Shown piece after piece: positions 55,865 through 64,000 of a DNA stretch of 64,000 nt. The notes below the pieces were generated by a model. It was given only the letters and a program-made list of their open reading frames with translations. It made no database searches and was not told where the DNA came from. The DNA comes from a virus. The stretch is from IMG/VR virus record IMGVR_UViG_3300022562_002256, positions 64,001 through 128,000 of that record. One strand, written 5' to 3'. The translations under genes and the position numbers were made by a program. The first letter of the stretch is position 1; each line of letters begins with the position of its first letter.

Positions 55865-55880
55865 TGGCACGGTGCGTGCA
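55865..55880 (+). promoter_or_regulatory. sigma-54-like site TGGCAC-GGTGC-GTGCA
   Basis: ATG 55894 is 15 nt after the -12 C. Confidence 0.75.
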
Positions 55881-55893
55881 TACGATCTCCGCC

Positions 55894-56127
55894 ATGCTCA
55901 TGCTCGCCGACCGAATCGCAAATATAGTCATGACCATCCACGCCGACCCCGCCGCCTGGCTGCTGGAGGCGCGTCGCCTCTGCGACCGGGCGGGGTTGTC
56001 GCCTGCACGCGCGATTGTCCTTCCCGGGACGCTTGCGGCGGTGGCGCGAGCCATCGTCGAGGAAGCACAGAAGCAAGGGCGCTTCCAGCAGCTCGATGCT
56101 GCTGTGACCGCCATGGAGCAGCCATGA
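55894..56127 (+). CDS. Small hypothetical protein
   Basis: Leaderless spacing; ATGA coupling downstream. Confidence 0.6.
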   Translation: MLMLADRIANIVMTIHADPAAWLLEARRLCDRAGLSPARAIVLPGTLAAVARAIVEEAQKQGRFQQLDAAVTAMEQP

Positions 56128-56558
56128 CGACCGATATCCGCCGTGGAGACCGCATGGTCTTGGTGGCGGGGTCATGGCCCCGCCAGGTTGTAGCCGTGGC
56201 GGCAGTCGACGGCGATGGTTCCGTAGAAGCCCCCACAGGGGTAGCCGGGGCACTGGAGTGGTGGAGCCCTAACGGCCGCCGGCGCGGGGGGTTACGGACC
56301 GATACGCGCCGGCTCGTGCCACCAACCCCCGCGCTGCTCACGCGCCTCAGCGAGCGTCTTTTGTGGGAGGTGGCGGGCCGGCTCGCAACCGAGCTTGAGG
56401 ACGCCACAACGCACGGGCTACCTCCCACGGGCGAGGCGCTGGTCGCCTTTGTAGACCACCTGCGGGCGGCGCGGGAGATGCTGGACACCCGTGCTCAGGC
56501 CACACTGGCGGTCGACGCTTGTGGCCGACCACTCTACGCTCCCGAGGAGACACCATGA
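56124..56558 (+). CDS. Hypothetical protein (paralog of 56555..56938)
   Basis: W..NG..RG..RRLV.PTP. Confidence 0.6.
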   Translation: MTTDIRRGDRMVLVAGSWPRQVVAVAAVDGDGSVEAPTGVAGALEWWSPNGRRRGGLRTDTRRLVPPTPALLTRLSERLLWEVAGRLATELEDATTHGLPPTGEALVAFVDHLRAAREMLDTRAQATLAVDACGRPLYAPEETP

Positions 56559-56938
56559 GCACGCAATTCGCGGTGGGTGAAGAGGCCATCCTTCTGGAGG
56601 GCGGCAAGCCCGTGGCGGTTGTCGCCATCATCAAGGTCACCCCGGGGGGACTTGTTGACGCCACGACGGGGTGGAATAGCCAAACCGAACGATGGAACGC
56701 CGATGGGTCTCCCCGCGGTAGCAGCTACCGTGGCTTCAGGTTACGCCGACTCGTGGTGCCTACCCCGTCACTCCGCGGGGAGGCCATCGCGAACACACAG
56801 CGCGCCGCGGTGCGGAAGGCGCTGGATGCGCTATCGAAGGCGACAATGGACGTTCTGCCGGCTGATGTGCTCCCCGATGTCATCCAGCACCTCGATGCCG
56901 CCATCGCCGCCATCGGGTCACGAGCGAGCAATGCGTGA
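56555..56938 (+). CDS. Hypothetical protein (paralog of 56124..56558)
   Basis: W..DG..RG..RRLV.PTP. Confidence 0.65.
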   Translation: MSTQFAVGEEAILLEGGKPVAVVAIIKVTPGGLVDATTGWNSQTERWNADGSPRGSSYRGFRLRRLVVPTPSLRGEAIANTQRAAVRKALDALSKATMDVLPADVLPDVIQHLDAAIAAIGSRASNA

Positions 56939-58271
56939 GATCATCGTTGACTGCTTCGCCGGCGGCGGTGGTGCCTCAACCGGAATCGAGCAGGCGCTCG
57001 GGCGGTCGCCGGACATCGCGATCAACCATGATCCAGAAGCCGTGGCGATGCATGCGGTCAACCATCCGGCGACGACGCACCTCTGCGGTGACGTCTGGGA
57101 CGTGAAGCCGCTTGACGCGACCCGGGGGCGACCGGTTGGGCTGCTTTGGGCCTCGCCAGACTGCAGACACTTCAGCAAGGCGAAGGGCGGTAAGCCGGTT
57201 GAAAAGCGCGTTCGGAGCCTCGCCTGGGTCGTTGTGAGGTGGGCGCGCGAGGTGCAACCGCGTGTGATCTGTCTCGAAAATGTCGAGGAGTTCGCCGACT
57301 GGGGCCCGCTCGTCGATGGGCGCCCGTGTCCTCTCCGAAAGGGCTTCACCTTTCGCCGCTGGGTCAAGGCTCTGGAGAAGGCCGGTTACCTTGTCGAGAC
57401 GCGCGATCTGCGCGCCTGCGACTTCGGGGCACCGACGATCCGCAAGCGCCTCTTCGTGGTCGCGCGCCGTGACGGGCTTCCCGCGGTCTGGCCAGCAGCG
57501 ACCCATGGCCGCGGGCTCCTCCCATACCGCACCGCGGCGGATTGCATCGACTGGAACATCCCTTGCCCGTCGATCTTCGATCGCAAGAAGCCGCTCGCCG
57601 CCAAGACGTTGCGCCGGATCGCGCGAGGGGTCCAGCGATACGTCGTCGACTCGCCCCACCCGTTCATCGTCCCGGGCACCGAGCCCACACCACTCGCTCT
57701 CCCACTCCAAGAATCGCTTTTCACGAACACCGATGACCCCGCATCTGGCGACCACGCCGGCGTAAGCGCCTTCCTGACCGACTACCTTGGCGGCGAAAGC
57801 GATGTCGCGCCATCAAGGCTTGGGTTGCATGCCATCCGCCCCGGCGCGGCGACCGACGTCGATCTCGTCGCATCCAGCCTGGTTCTATTCCACGGGTCGC
57901 GACGCGATGGTCAACCTATCGAGCGACCACTCCCCACTGTACGTGCTGGCGGCATGCATATTGCAGAGGTTCGCGCCTTCCTGGGCAGGCTTCGCTACGA
58001 GCACTCTCTTGCGGGGGGCGCCCCCGTCGTGATGATCGGCGCTGAGCCATACGGGATCGTTGATATCGGGATGCGTATGCTTTCGCCACGCGAGCTTTAC
58101 CGGGCTCAAGGCTTCGATGACGGCCATGTGATCGACGTCGATGCGAACGGCAAACGCCTCACCAAGGAGGCACAGGTGCGGCTGTGCGGCAACAGCGTGG
58201 TCCCCGCCGTCGCTCGCGCGATCGTTGTGGCAAACATGACCATGACGATGGCCGCCACCACGGCCGCGTGA
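56931..58271 (+). CDS. C5-cytosine DNA methyltransferase
   Basis: DCFAGGGG, ASPDCRHFSKAKG, ENVEEF, RKRLF, CGNSV. Confidence 0.93.
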   Translation: MREIIVDCFAGGGGASTGIEQALGRSPDIAINHDPEAVAMHAVNHPATTHLCGDVWDVKPLDATRGRPVGLLWASPDCRHFSKAKGGKPVEKRVRSLAWVVVRWAREVQPRVICLENVEEFADWGPLVDGRPCPLRKGFTFRRWVKALEKAGYLVETRDLRACDFGAPTIRKRLFVVARRDGLPAVWPAATHGRGLLPYRTAADCIDWNIPCPSIFDRKKPLAAKTLRRIARGVQRYVVDSPHPFIVPGTEPTPLALPLQESLFTNTDDPASGDHAGVSAFLTDYLGGESDVAPSRLGLHAIRPGAATDVDLVASSLVLFHGSRRDGQPIERPLPTVRAGGMHIAEVRAFLGRLRYEHSLAGGAPVVMIGAEPYGIVDIGMRMLSPRELYRAQGFDDGHVIDVDANGKRLTKEAQVRLCGNSVVPAVARAIVVANMTMTMAATTAA

Positions 58272-58315
58272 CCGTTGTTCAACCGCGGCACGGTTGATGC
58301 ATGCCACCACCCGCG

Positions 58316-58534
58316 ATGACCACACCGACCACAATTCACTACGCTGTCTGGGACATGCGCGGGCCCGAACCTGTGCTTCAAGCGCGTTGCCTCAACCAGC
58401 AACGCGGAGACGGGCTGTCCGCGCTCAGCACCTACACCAACTGCCCAGCATGTATCGCGCTCCGAGCCGCCGACGAGCGAACCGACAAAAACCGGTGTCA
58501 TACGGCGAGGGGCACCCCGCCACCGGGATGGTGA
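58316..58534 (+). CDS. Small hypothetical protein
   Basis: Variant sigma-54-like site CGGCAC-GGTTG-ATGCA at 58286-58301; ATG 16 nt after the -12 C. Confidence 0.5.
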   Translation: MTTPTTIHYAVWDMRGPEPVLQARCLNQQRGDGLSALSTYTNCPACIALRAADERTDKNRCHTARGTPPPGW

Positions 58535-58538
58535 CGTC

Positions 58539-59054
58539 ATGTGGCCACGGTCCAATCCATACATCGCCGACCGGCGCGCCGAGCGAGACCTCGCTCGGCA
58601 GGAGCTGCGACTGCAGTACGTGGCCAGCCAAAACAGGGTCTCCCGTATCGTCTGGGAGGCCGACGGCGCCCCGCTAAGTAAGGTCCGCTTGCTCCGAATA
58701 GCACACCAACGGGCGATCCAGTGTGAGTGCGAGAAGCAGATCGCCACTCTTCGCGAGTTGGACTACGAGGAATTCCTCCTGAGCAGGGGGGAGGCGCAAG
58801 CCCCGGCGCGGCGGCATCTCCCCTACGCGCTCCCCTACACGGTATTTCGAAAGCCCGCGGCAATCGAGCCCGCGGCAATCGAATCGCCATTCCAGTCATG
58901 GCGGGGATTCTTTCCGACAGGACCGGAGTGGCAATCCGAGGCGGCCCGGCGCGCCGAAGCGCGCCTGTATTTGTTTACGACCATGGCGCTTCGCCATCCA
59001 TGGCCCCGAAGCGCGTCGATGCCAACCACCGAGGATGCAGCCAATGACTCATGA
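58539..59054 (+). CDS. Hypothetical protein
   Basis: Operon context. Confidence 0.55.
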   Translation: MWPRSNPYIADRRAERDLARQELRLQYVASQNRVSRIVWEADGAPLSKVRLLRIAHQRAIQCECEKQIATLRELDYEEFLLSRGEAQAPARRHLPYALPYTVFRKPAAIEPAAIESPFQSWRGFFPTGPEWQSEAARRAEARLYLFTTMALRHPWPRSASMPTTEDAANDS

Positions 59055-59538
59055 CGATACGTTTGACCTCACTGAGACGCACATCAAGCTGCTCCGCGCG
59101 GCCCACGTCGACTGGAACGGCGGCGAGTTCGGGGCCCCATGCATCGACCCCAAGCGCCCCTATGGCAGCAGTGATGGTGTGCGCGACGTCGCGCGGGCCA
59201 TGGGGTGGCCTATCCCTCCCATCGATCCGCCGCGCGAGCCGTACGAAAAGTGGCTTCGGGGGATCCATCGTGAAACCGCGACAGCCCTTCAGATCGTTCT
59301 GTGCACGGGTTCGTTCACACCCGGGACCTATCGGCGGCGAGTGGAGTGGGACGCGCGCTCGTGGGAGTTGGTGCCGGCAGCGCGCGAGGTGCGGGAGCAC
59401 TACGAGATCATCTGCGGGGGCAACGTGGTCGGTTGCACGTGGGGTGACGATGGCAAGGCATCGGTGCTCGCCGAAGAACCGCGCGCGTCATTCCGGCTGG
59501 TCGAGCCATCGGCATGCATGTCGTGCGCGGCTGGGTGA
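59044..59538 (+). CDS. Phage hypothetical protein (GAPCIDPKRPYG motif)
   Basis: LTETHIKLLR..W..EFGAP.IDPKRPYG. Confidence 0.7.
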   Translation: MTHDDTFDLTETHIKLLRAAHVDWNGGEFGAPCIDPKRPYGSSDGVRDVARAMGWPIPPIDPPREPYEKWLRGIHRETATALQIVLCTGSFTPGTYRRRVEWDARSWELVPAAREVREHYEIICGGNVVGCTWGDDGKASVLAEEPRASFRLVEPSACMSCAAG

Positions 59539-59580
59539 CGGCGTACCGTCACCCAGCCGCCACCACGTGGGCCGATCATC

Positions 59581-59943
59581 TCAGTCTTTCCAGTAGTATT
59601 CGGTTGGGTGGGCCAGCTCACCGCACCGCCACCGCTCGGCCGCGCGCTCCTCCTCCTTTGAGTAGGGTCGGCAGAGGTGCTGGATGCATCGAGCGCAGTG
59701 CCAACAATCATCGTCTCCGTCGCACGCTCGCACCGGCACACACAACCCGTCGTGACAGAACCCCGGGTGGTCCAGCGGAGTCGAACACGCAAGCCCCTCC
59801 CTTGCGGGGAGCACGGGGCCGGCGGGATCGAAATGTTTGCAAGGTGCGATGTTCCACGGTATGGACGGCCGCGAGGCCCTTACCGCCTCGTCGTCGACAC
59901 ACGCCGCGACCGCCATTAGCATTAGCAGTATCACCGGTCTCAT
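59581..59943 (-). CDS. Cys-rich lipoprotein
   Basis: Lipobox VAAC; CHDGLC, CDGDDDC. Confidence 0.65.
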   Translation of the reverse strand: MRPVILLMLMAVAACVDDEAVRASRPSIPWNIAPCKHFDPAGPVLPAREGLACSTPLDHPGFCHDGLCVPVRACDGDDDCWHCARCIQHLCRPYSKEEERAAERWRCGELAHPTEYYWKD

Positions 59944-60022
59944 CGAATTCTCCTCACACCGTGTAGCTGTGCAAATTGGGATGACGCGTCACCCCGCGTG
60001 TCACCCGCCTCGCCGTGCGGGT

Positions 60023-60652
60023 TCATGTCGACGCCCGTTCGGTCCCCGGGGGCGCCTCATCGTCGACCATCTCCCATGCCCGGCTGTAGACCACCTTTGC
60101 GAACAGCGCCGCGACGCCGGTCAACTGCTTGTACCTGAACACGGCGTCCTCCTCGATGCCGAGCTTCGTAGCGATGTCCGCGTCAGAAAGCCCCTGCTCG
60201 ACCAACTTGCGGATCAGGTCCGCATCCAAGTCCACTTGATGCACCCCGCGCGCTTTATTGAACCTCCACGTGGCAGCAAGCCGCTGCGCCATCGTCAGCC
60301 GGAGCATCACCAGGGGCAGGTAGTCACAGTCGAGCCACCCAACACCGAGCACGAGCTTGCGGTGTGCCCCGTCCACCACCACGAACCGCTCCTGGTCATC
60401 ATCCCAGATCACCACGATCGGGAAGCAGAAGCCGCTCTCGACGATGTTTTCGACGAGGCACTCGAGCTTATCCCCGCTCACGTTGTTAGGATTATACAGA
60501 TTTTCCAGAACAAGTACGGGGCGCACCAGCCAGGTGTTGCAGCACGGCACCTCGATCCGGCCGCGAGTGCGCGAGGTGATGAATACCGGCTCGAGTGCTG
60601 CGCGCGCCGCGTGAAACTGCTCAATCGTGTCGATGCACACTACCGACATCAC
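60023..60652 (-). CDS. ibrB: ParB/Srx-domain protein, IbrB-like
   Basis: NLYNPN, GFCFPIV, VVDGAHR, FNKARGVH, C-terminal HTH. Confidence 0.8.
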   Translation of the reverse strand: MMSVVCIDTIEQFHAARAALEPVFITSRTRGRIEVPCCNTWLVRPVLVLENLYNPNNVSGDKLECLVENIVESGFCFPIVVIWDDDQERFVVVDGAHRKLVLGVGWLDCDYLPLVMLRLTMAQRLAATWRFNKARGVHQVDLDADLIRKLVEQGLSDADIATKLGIEEDAVFRYKQLTGVAALFAKVVYSRAWEMVDDEAPPGTERAST

Positions 60653-61791
60653 AGCACCTCATCGTAGTAGCGGATCAACTCATCGCGAGGGTCGGGGCGG
60701 TTGTCCACCACCAGGTTGTTCTCGTAGTCGTTCAGCGCCACCTGTCGGCACTGCTGTCGAGCCACGTACTCGTTCGTCAGATGGCGGCGGAACCGCTCGA
60801 CGAACAGGTGCCTTCGCTCTTCATCGGGGTGGGTGGCCAGCAAGAAGTCCCTGTACGCCACCCACGATCGGAAGTTTTTCGGCAGCTTGGCGACACGGAA
60901 CATCTTTGCGTCCCGCCCCGTCTCCGCTGCAAGCGCGATGCCCTTCACGCGCTTGAGGAGTCGGTTGTACGTCGCGGGCTCGAATTCCTGGAGGTCGGTG
61001 AGGCACTTGAACGACTTCTCGTGGATGAGCGACGAGACGCGCATCGCCTCGGGCGCGTACCCCTTCTTGTGCTGGAGGTCGTAGATCTTGGAGTACCTCA
61101 CACCGTGATCGTGGACGTACCGCCAGATGTCGTGGAACTGCCAATCGTAGATCGGGTAGAGTGTCCAGTTTTCCTCTTTTCTGGTGCCCCAGTAGACCGA
61201 GTGATCGCCGATGGTGACTGGGTTCTTCGCGACGGCGCGCCAGCGGTTGATCGACTCTCCGCTCGCCCGGATGCCCACCAGGAACGCGGTCCGCGAGTAG
61301 CACCGCGAGAACGTGTCGATCACGTCGTAGAAGCCGAACCCCTTGTTCTTGTCGCGGATGGTCTCCTTCTCCGGCGGCCAGAATTTCGCCTTGATCGCGT
61401 CGTCGCGTTTGTGGCGCATCCAGGTCTTGTGCTTGCCGGGATCCCACGCGCCGAGCTGCCCTTCCTCGCGACTCGTCGCATTGGTGAGGTTGAACGGGAT
61501 CTGGAGCCACTGTTTGATGGTCACCCCGGGGAACAGCTCCATGAGGTAGGCCACTTGCTCGACGCTGCTCTGGTACATGACCTCCTCGTCGAGGACATGG
61601 ACGCCGATGCGCACTCCCCGCCGCGCCGCCTCCGTCAGGGCGAGGTGCGCGAGCACCGTGCTGTCCTTGCCACCAGACACCGACACGATGATCCCGTTGA
61701 GCGAGCCGTCCGCCACCCGGTCGAACACCCACCCGATGCGACGCTGTGCGGCTTCGAGGACCGACTCACCCGTGAAGTGCTGCCTGGGCAT
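60649..61791 (-). CDS. ibrA: PP-loop / PAPS-reductase-family protein, IbrA-like
   Basis: SVSGGKDST, LDEE, VGIRASGESINR, YPIYDW..DIW, MRVSSLIHE. Confidence 0.8.
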   Translation of the reverse strand: MPRQHFTGESVLEAAQRRIGWVFDRVADGSLNGIIVSVSGGKDSTVLAHLALTEAARRGVRIGVHVLDEEVMYQSSVEQVAYLMELFPGVTIKQWLQIPFNLTNATSREEGQLGAWDPGKHKTWMRHKRDDAIKAKFWPPEKETIRDKNKGFGFYDVIDTFSRCYSRTAFLVGIRASGESINRWRAVAKNPVTIGDHSVYWGTRKEENWTLYPIYDWQFHDIWRYVHDHGVRYSKIYDLQHKKGYAPEAMRVSSLIHEKSFKCLTDLQEFEPATYNRLLKRVKGIALAAETGRDAKMFRVAKLPKNFRSWVAYRDFLLATHPDEERRHLFVERFRRHLTNEYVARQQCRQVALNDYENNLVVDNRPDPRDELIRYYDEVL

Positions 61792-62695
61792 CCGCCAGTC
61801 TCCTCGCCCACCCCTCGAACCGTTCCTGATACCACCGCTCAGCCTTCGTGTCGGCCACCAACACATCGACCGTGCTCTGCCGTGTGATGGCGAGGAAATC
61901 CGTCATGTCCAGGAAGTTGTGTGGCAACTCGAGCACCGTCCGGTGCACCTCGTCGCGCACGTCGCGGTAGGTAGCCAAGTTGGGTAGTCGGAAGCGGTTG
62001 TTGCGCCCGATGTACGAACGGGCGGGGTCCACGTGCGCGAGCTTCGCCTTCCCAGTGACAAGAAGCAGGTTCCGCGGGATCTGATGGGGGTCCTTCTCCG
62101 GGTCGCCGCGCACCATGTCGAACAGCGCAGCCCGCTCCTTGGCATAGGCGGCATGCACGGCCGCGTCCGTGGTGATGTGGTGGAACCGAAAACTCACCGG
62201 CGTCGGCGTGTGGTGGAGCGAGGCTTCCCGCAGCAACTCGCGGGTGAGCGTGCGTTCGTGCTTCCACCTGCTCTCGGTAACGAAATCGAACAGCACCCCG
62301 AAGTCCTCGACGGTGTCGATCATGGGGAGGTACTGGAAGACGAGGCAGTGGGGCGTCTGGAGTAGGTAACGTCGGATGCAGTTATAGGACAGATCGTAGC
62401 GGTCCTGCACCCGCATGCACTCATTCAGCACGACCAGCACCGACGGGTCGATGCGTTGCTGGAGGTCGTAATACACCCGGTACCAGAAGACCTTGGCGTG
62501 CTCGACGTCGTGACACGGAAGCACGTCGACAGGAAAGCGGCGATGCGGTGGCGAGATGAGGACCACCTGTTTGATGCCGGCGTGCCCGGCCACGTAGCGT
62601 CGCACCACGTCGGCCTTTGCCGCCCCGTCGAGCCCTAGATAGATCGCGCGGTCCAACGCCACCTCACGGAGTTCTCGGCGATCCATCCGATGCAC
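61766..62695 (-). CDS. Hypothetical protein, possibly an inactive helicase-like fold
   Basis: VLVVLNECMR resembles a degenerate Walker B; no Walker A. Confidence 0.55.
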   Translation of the reverse strand: MHRMDRRELREVALDRAIYLGLDGAAKADVVRRYVAGHAGIKQVVLISPPHRRFPVDVLPCHDVEHAKVFWYRVYYDLQQRIDPSVLVVLNECMRVQDRYDLSYNCIRRYLLQTPHCLVFQYLPMIDTVEDFGVLFDFVTESRWKHERTLTRELLREASLHHTPTPVSFRFHHITTDAAVHAAYAKERAALFDMVRGDPEKDPHQIPRNLLLVTGKAKLAHVDPARSYIGRNNRFRLPNLATYRDVRDEVHRTVLELPHNFLDMTDFLAITRQSTVDVLVADTKAERWYQERFEGWARRLADAQAALHG

Positions 62696-63261
62696 GTGGC
62701 GTTGATATCACTCATGGTGAAGCGGCCCCCACGCTCTACAAACGCCCGACCCGTGTTGCCATATCCACAGCACGGGTCACCCACGTGCAAGTATCGTGCC
62801 GCGAGATCATCGAGCACGTCGGTGGTGACATCGCCATCCGGTGCGAGCGTCGTGCGATAGACGAGCGCGACGCACCGCCCATTTCGATGGAGGTCATCGG
62901 GGAACCTCAGCGCGAGGCTCTGCTCCGGCGCTGGCATGTAGCGCACCAGGGATGGCGCCGTGACGATGCACGCCGGCACGGCCATGCGACTGACCATCCC
63001 CGACAATGCCTCCAGGTATTCGGCGAACGACGTCGTCCCCTCGCTCCCCGCGCGGTCCTGAAAGATCCTGTAGCCGGGGCGCCACGCCATCTCGGTGTAG
63101 AGCACGTCACAGTCACCATACTCGGCCGGAAGTACCCCTCCGTGCGCGGCCATGTCGTACACGAACGCGACCGACCCGTCGCGTTCGAACCGCTCGGCAG
63201 GCTGCGCGTCGTTCGGCGGATGAAGGGCCGAGTGGTAGGTTACACGTGCTTTCGTAGCCAT
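62635..63261 (-). CDS. Methyltransferase-fold protein with atypical catalytic motif
   Basis: DVLYTEMAW in place of DPP(Y/W); VGDPCCGYG and SDIN SAM-binding-like. Confidence 0.6.
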   Translation of the reverse strand: MATKARVTYHSALHPPNDAQPAERFERDGSVAFVYDMAAHGGVLPAEYGDCDVLYTEMAWRPGYRIFQDRAGSEGTTSFAEYLEALSGMVSRMAVPACIVTAPSLVRYMPAPEQSLALRFPDDLHRNGRCVALVYRTTLAPDGDVTTDVLDDLAARYLHVGDPCCGYGNTGRAFVERGGRFTMSDINATCIGWIAENSVRWRWTARSI

Positions 63262-63854
63262 TCGGCAGTCCTATCGAGGCGTGTGGCGTTGAGTTCTGTG
63301 CCCCGGAACGTCGCCCCGATGGCGTGAGTGACGCGCGCTGTCATACCAAGGCCGGTGCACGGGTCGAGCACCACGGTCCCCGGCTGCACGCAGGCGTTGA
63401 GCGCTGCCCTGGTCACCCCCTCACCGTGTGGCGGCACCGGCATGACGACATTGACGTCGGTCGCCCCGTAGAGCGACAGCGTGTTCGGCAATGGCTTTTT
63501 CTTGGGGCCATAGAGGATTGTCCATCGACGGCGCGGTGGGCGTCCAACGCTGGTCATCGCCGCGTCTAACTCGTCAACCCACCTGATGCCCATCTCCACG
63601 AACACCGGCGCGGCGGGGCGCGAGAACGTCGACACGGCAGCACAAAATGCCGCCAAAAAGCCGGGCCACGACGTGCGCGGCTCCGCTCCTCGAGCCATCA
63701 CGGTGTGCCAATAGCGCTGATTCCCCGGGCCCCACGGCGGGTCGCTGTACACCACGTCGGCGAGTTCATCACCCATGAGGGTCGCGACGACCCCCGATGT
63801 CAGGTCGCCGCACAACACCCGGTGCTTGCCGATCTCAAGAATTTGCCCTAACAC
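63240..63854 (-). CDS. Small beta-class amino-methyltransferase
   Basis: HRVLCGD, VYSDPPW, VLDPCTGLG, GTELN. Confidence 0.85.
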   Translation of the reverse strand: MLGQILEIGKHRVLCGDLTSGVVATLMGDELADVVYSDPPWGPGNQRYWHTVMARGAEPRTSWPGFLAAFCAAVSTFSRPAAPVFVEMGIRWVDELDAAMTSVGRPPRRRWTILYGPKKKPLPNTLSLYGATDVNVVMPVPPHGEGVTRAALNACVQPGTVVLDPCTGLGMTARVTHAIGATFRGTELNATRLDRTAEWLRKHV

Positions 63855-64000
63855 CTTTTCTCGGTCCCTTTAACCACCGTGATGAGCGCCGGGTGGCGGC
63901 CGTGCTCGTCCGCCACCACATAGAACCGGAGCCTGTGCGGACGAGCACCACGCCACAGATCGGCGAGCTTCCCATCGATTAGGTAGGGAAGGGCACGCAC
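63848..64000 (-). CDS. 3' end of a CDS entering from beyond the window
   Basis: Open frame VRALPYL...KRC* overlapping the MTase start. Confidence 0.5.
   Translation of the reverse strand: MRALPYLIDGKLADLWRGARPHRLRFYVVADEHGRHPALITVVKGTEKRC

Larger units (their letters stand above)
1..64000. mobile_element. Segment of a large tailed-phage or prophage genome (early, replication, modification and packaging genes); host probably a myxobacterium
   Basis: Terminase pair, initiator-loader-DnaB module, SSB, RecD2, many MTases, dozens of short coupled ORFans; no housekeeping operons; no att site or integrase seen. Confidence 0.9.

Noticed and set aside
60595-61887. 430-aa plus-strand ORF
   Set aside because: Antisense to ibrA
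60023-63854. 7-deazaguanine or complete Dnd/Ssp pathway
   Set aside because: No FolE, QueD, QueE, DpdA, cysteine desulfurase or DndD/SspC recognised
1-64000. CRISPR arrays, tRNA/rRNA, integrase/att, reverse transcriptase/DGR
   Set aside because: No regularly spaced repeat-spacer array, cloverleaf, recombinase or RT motifs seen by eye; tRNAscan or HMM searches would be needed to exclude them fully

Overview
High-GC (roughly two-thirds G+C by eye), densely coding, ATGA/GTGA-coupled segment of a large dsDNA tailed phage or prophage. It carries a lambdoid-style replication module (initiator with internal 11-bp iterons, DnaC-like loader, DnaB), SSB, RecD2, SF2 and SNF2 helicases, a RusA-like resolvase, two paralogous sigma-70 factors, five methyltransferase-fold genes, an IbrA/IbrB (PP-loop + ParB) cassette, a JAB protease, and small and large terminase. 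No portal, capsid, tail, lysis, integrase, tRNA or CRISPR features were recognised. SSB and DnaB sequences and the Gly-rich and Cys-rich lipoproteins resemble those of Polyangiaceae/Sorangium-type myxobacteria. This host call is an inference from recalled family features, not a database search. The most striking unexplained structure is non-coding. At least eight exact intergenic copies of TGGCAC-N5-GTGCA (sigma-54 -24/-12-like) occur, seven of them 14-16 nt upstream of an ATG. They fall in two clusters (42.2-42.8 kb and 53.6-55.9 kb). Three copies of a 19-bp putative enhancer lie 155-163 bp upstream of these sites, and the larger cluster encodes a protein with tandem Fis-type HTHs but no AAA+ domain. 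A second promoter class, TTG-N16-TGGTTA, recurs about nine times. Many start coordinates below were re-chosen by hand from the ORF track.
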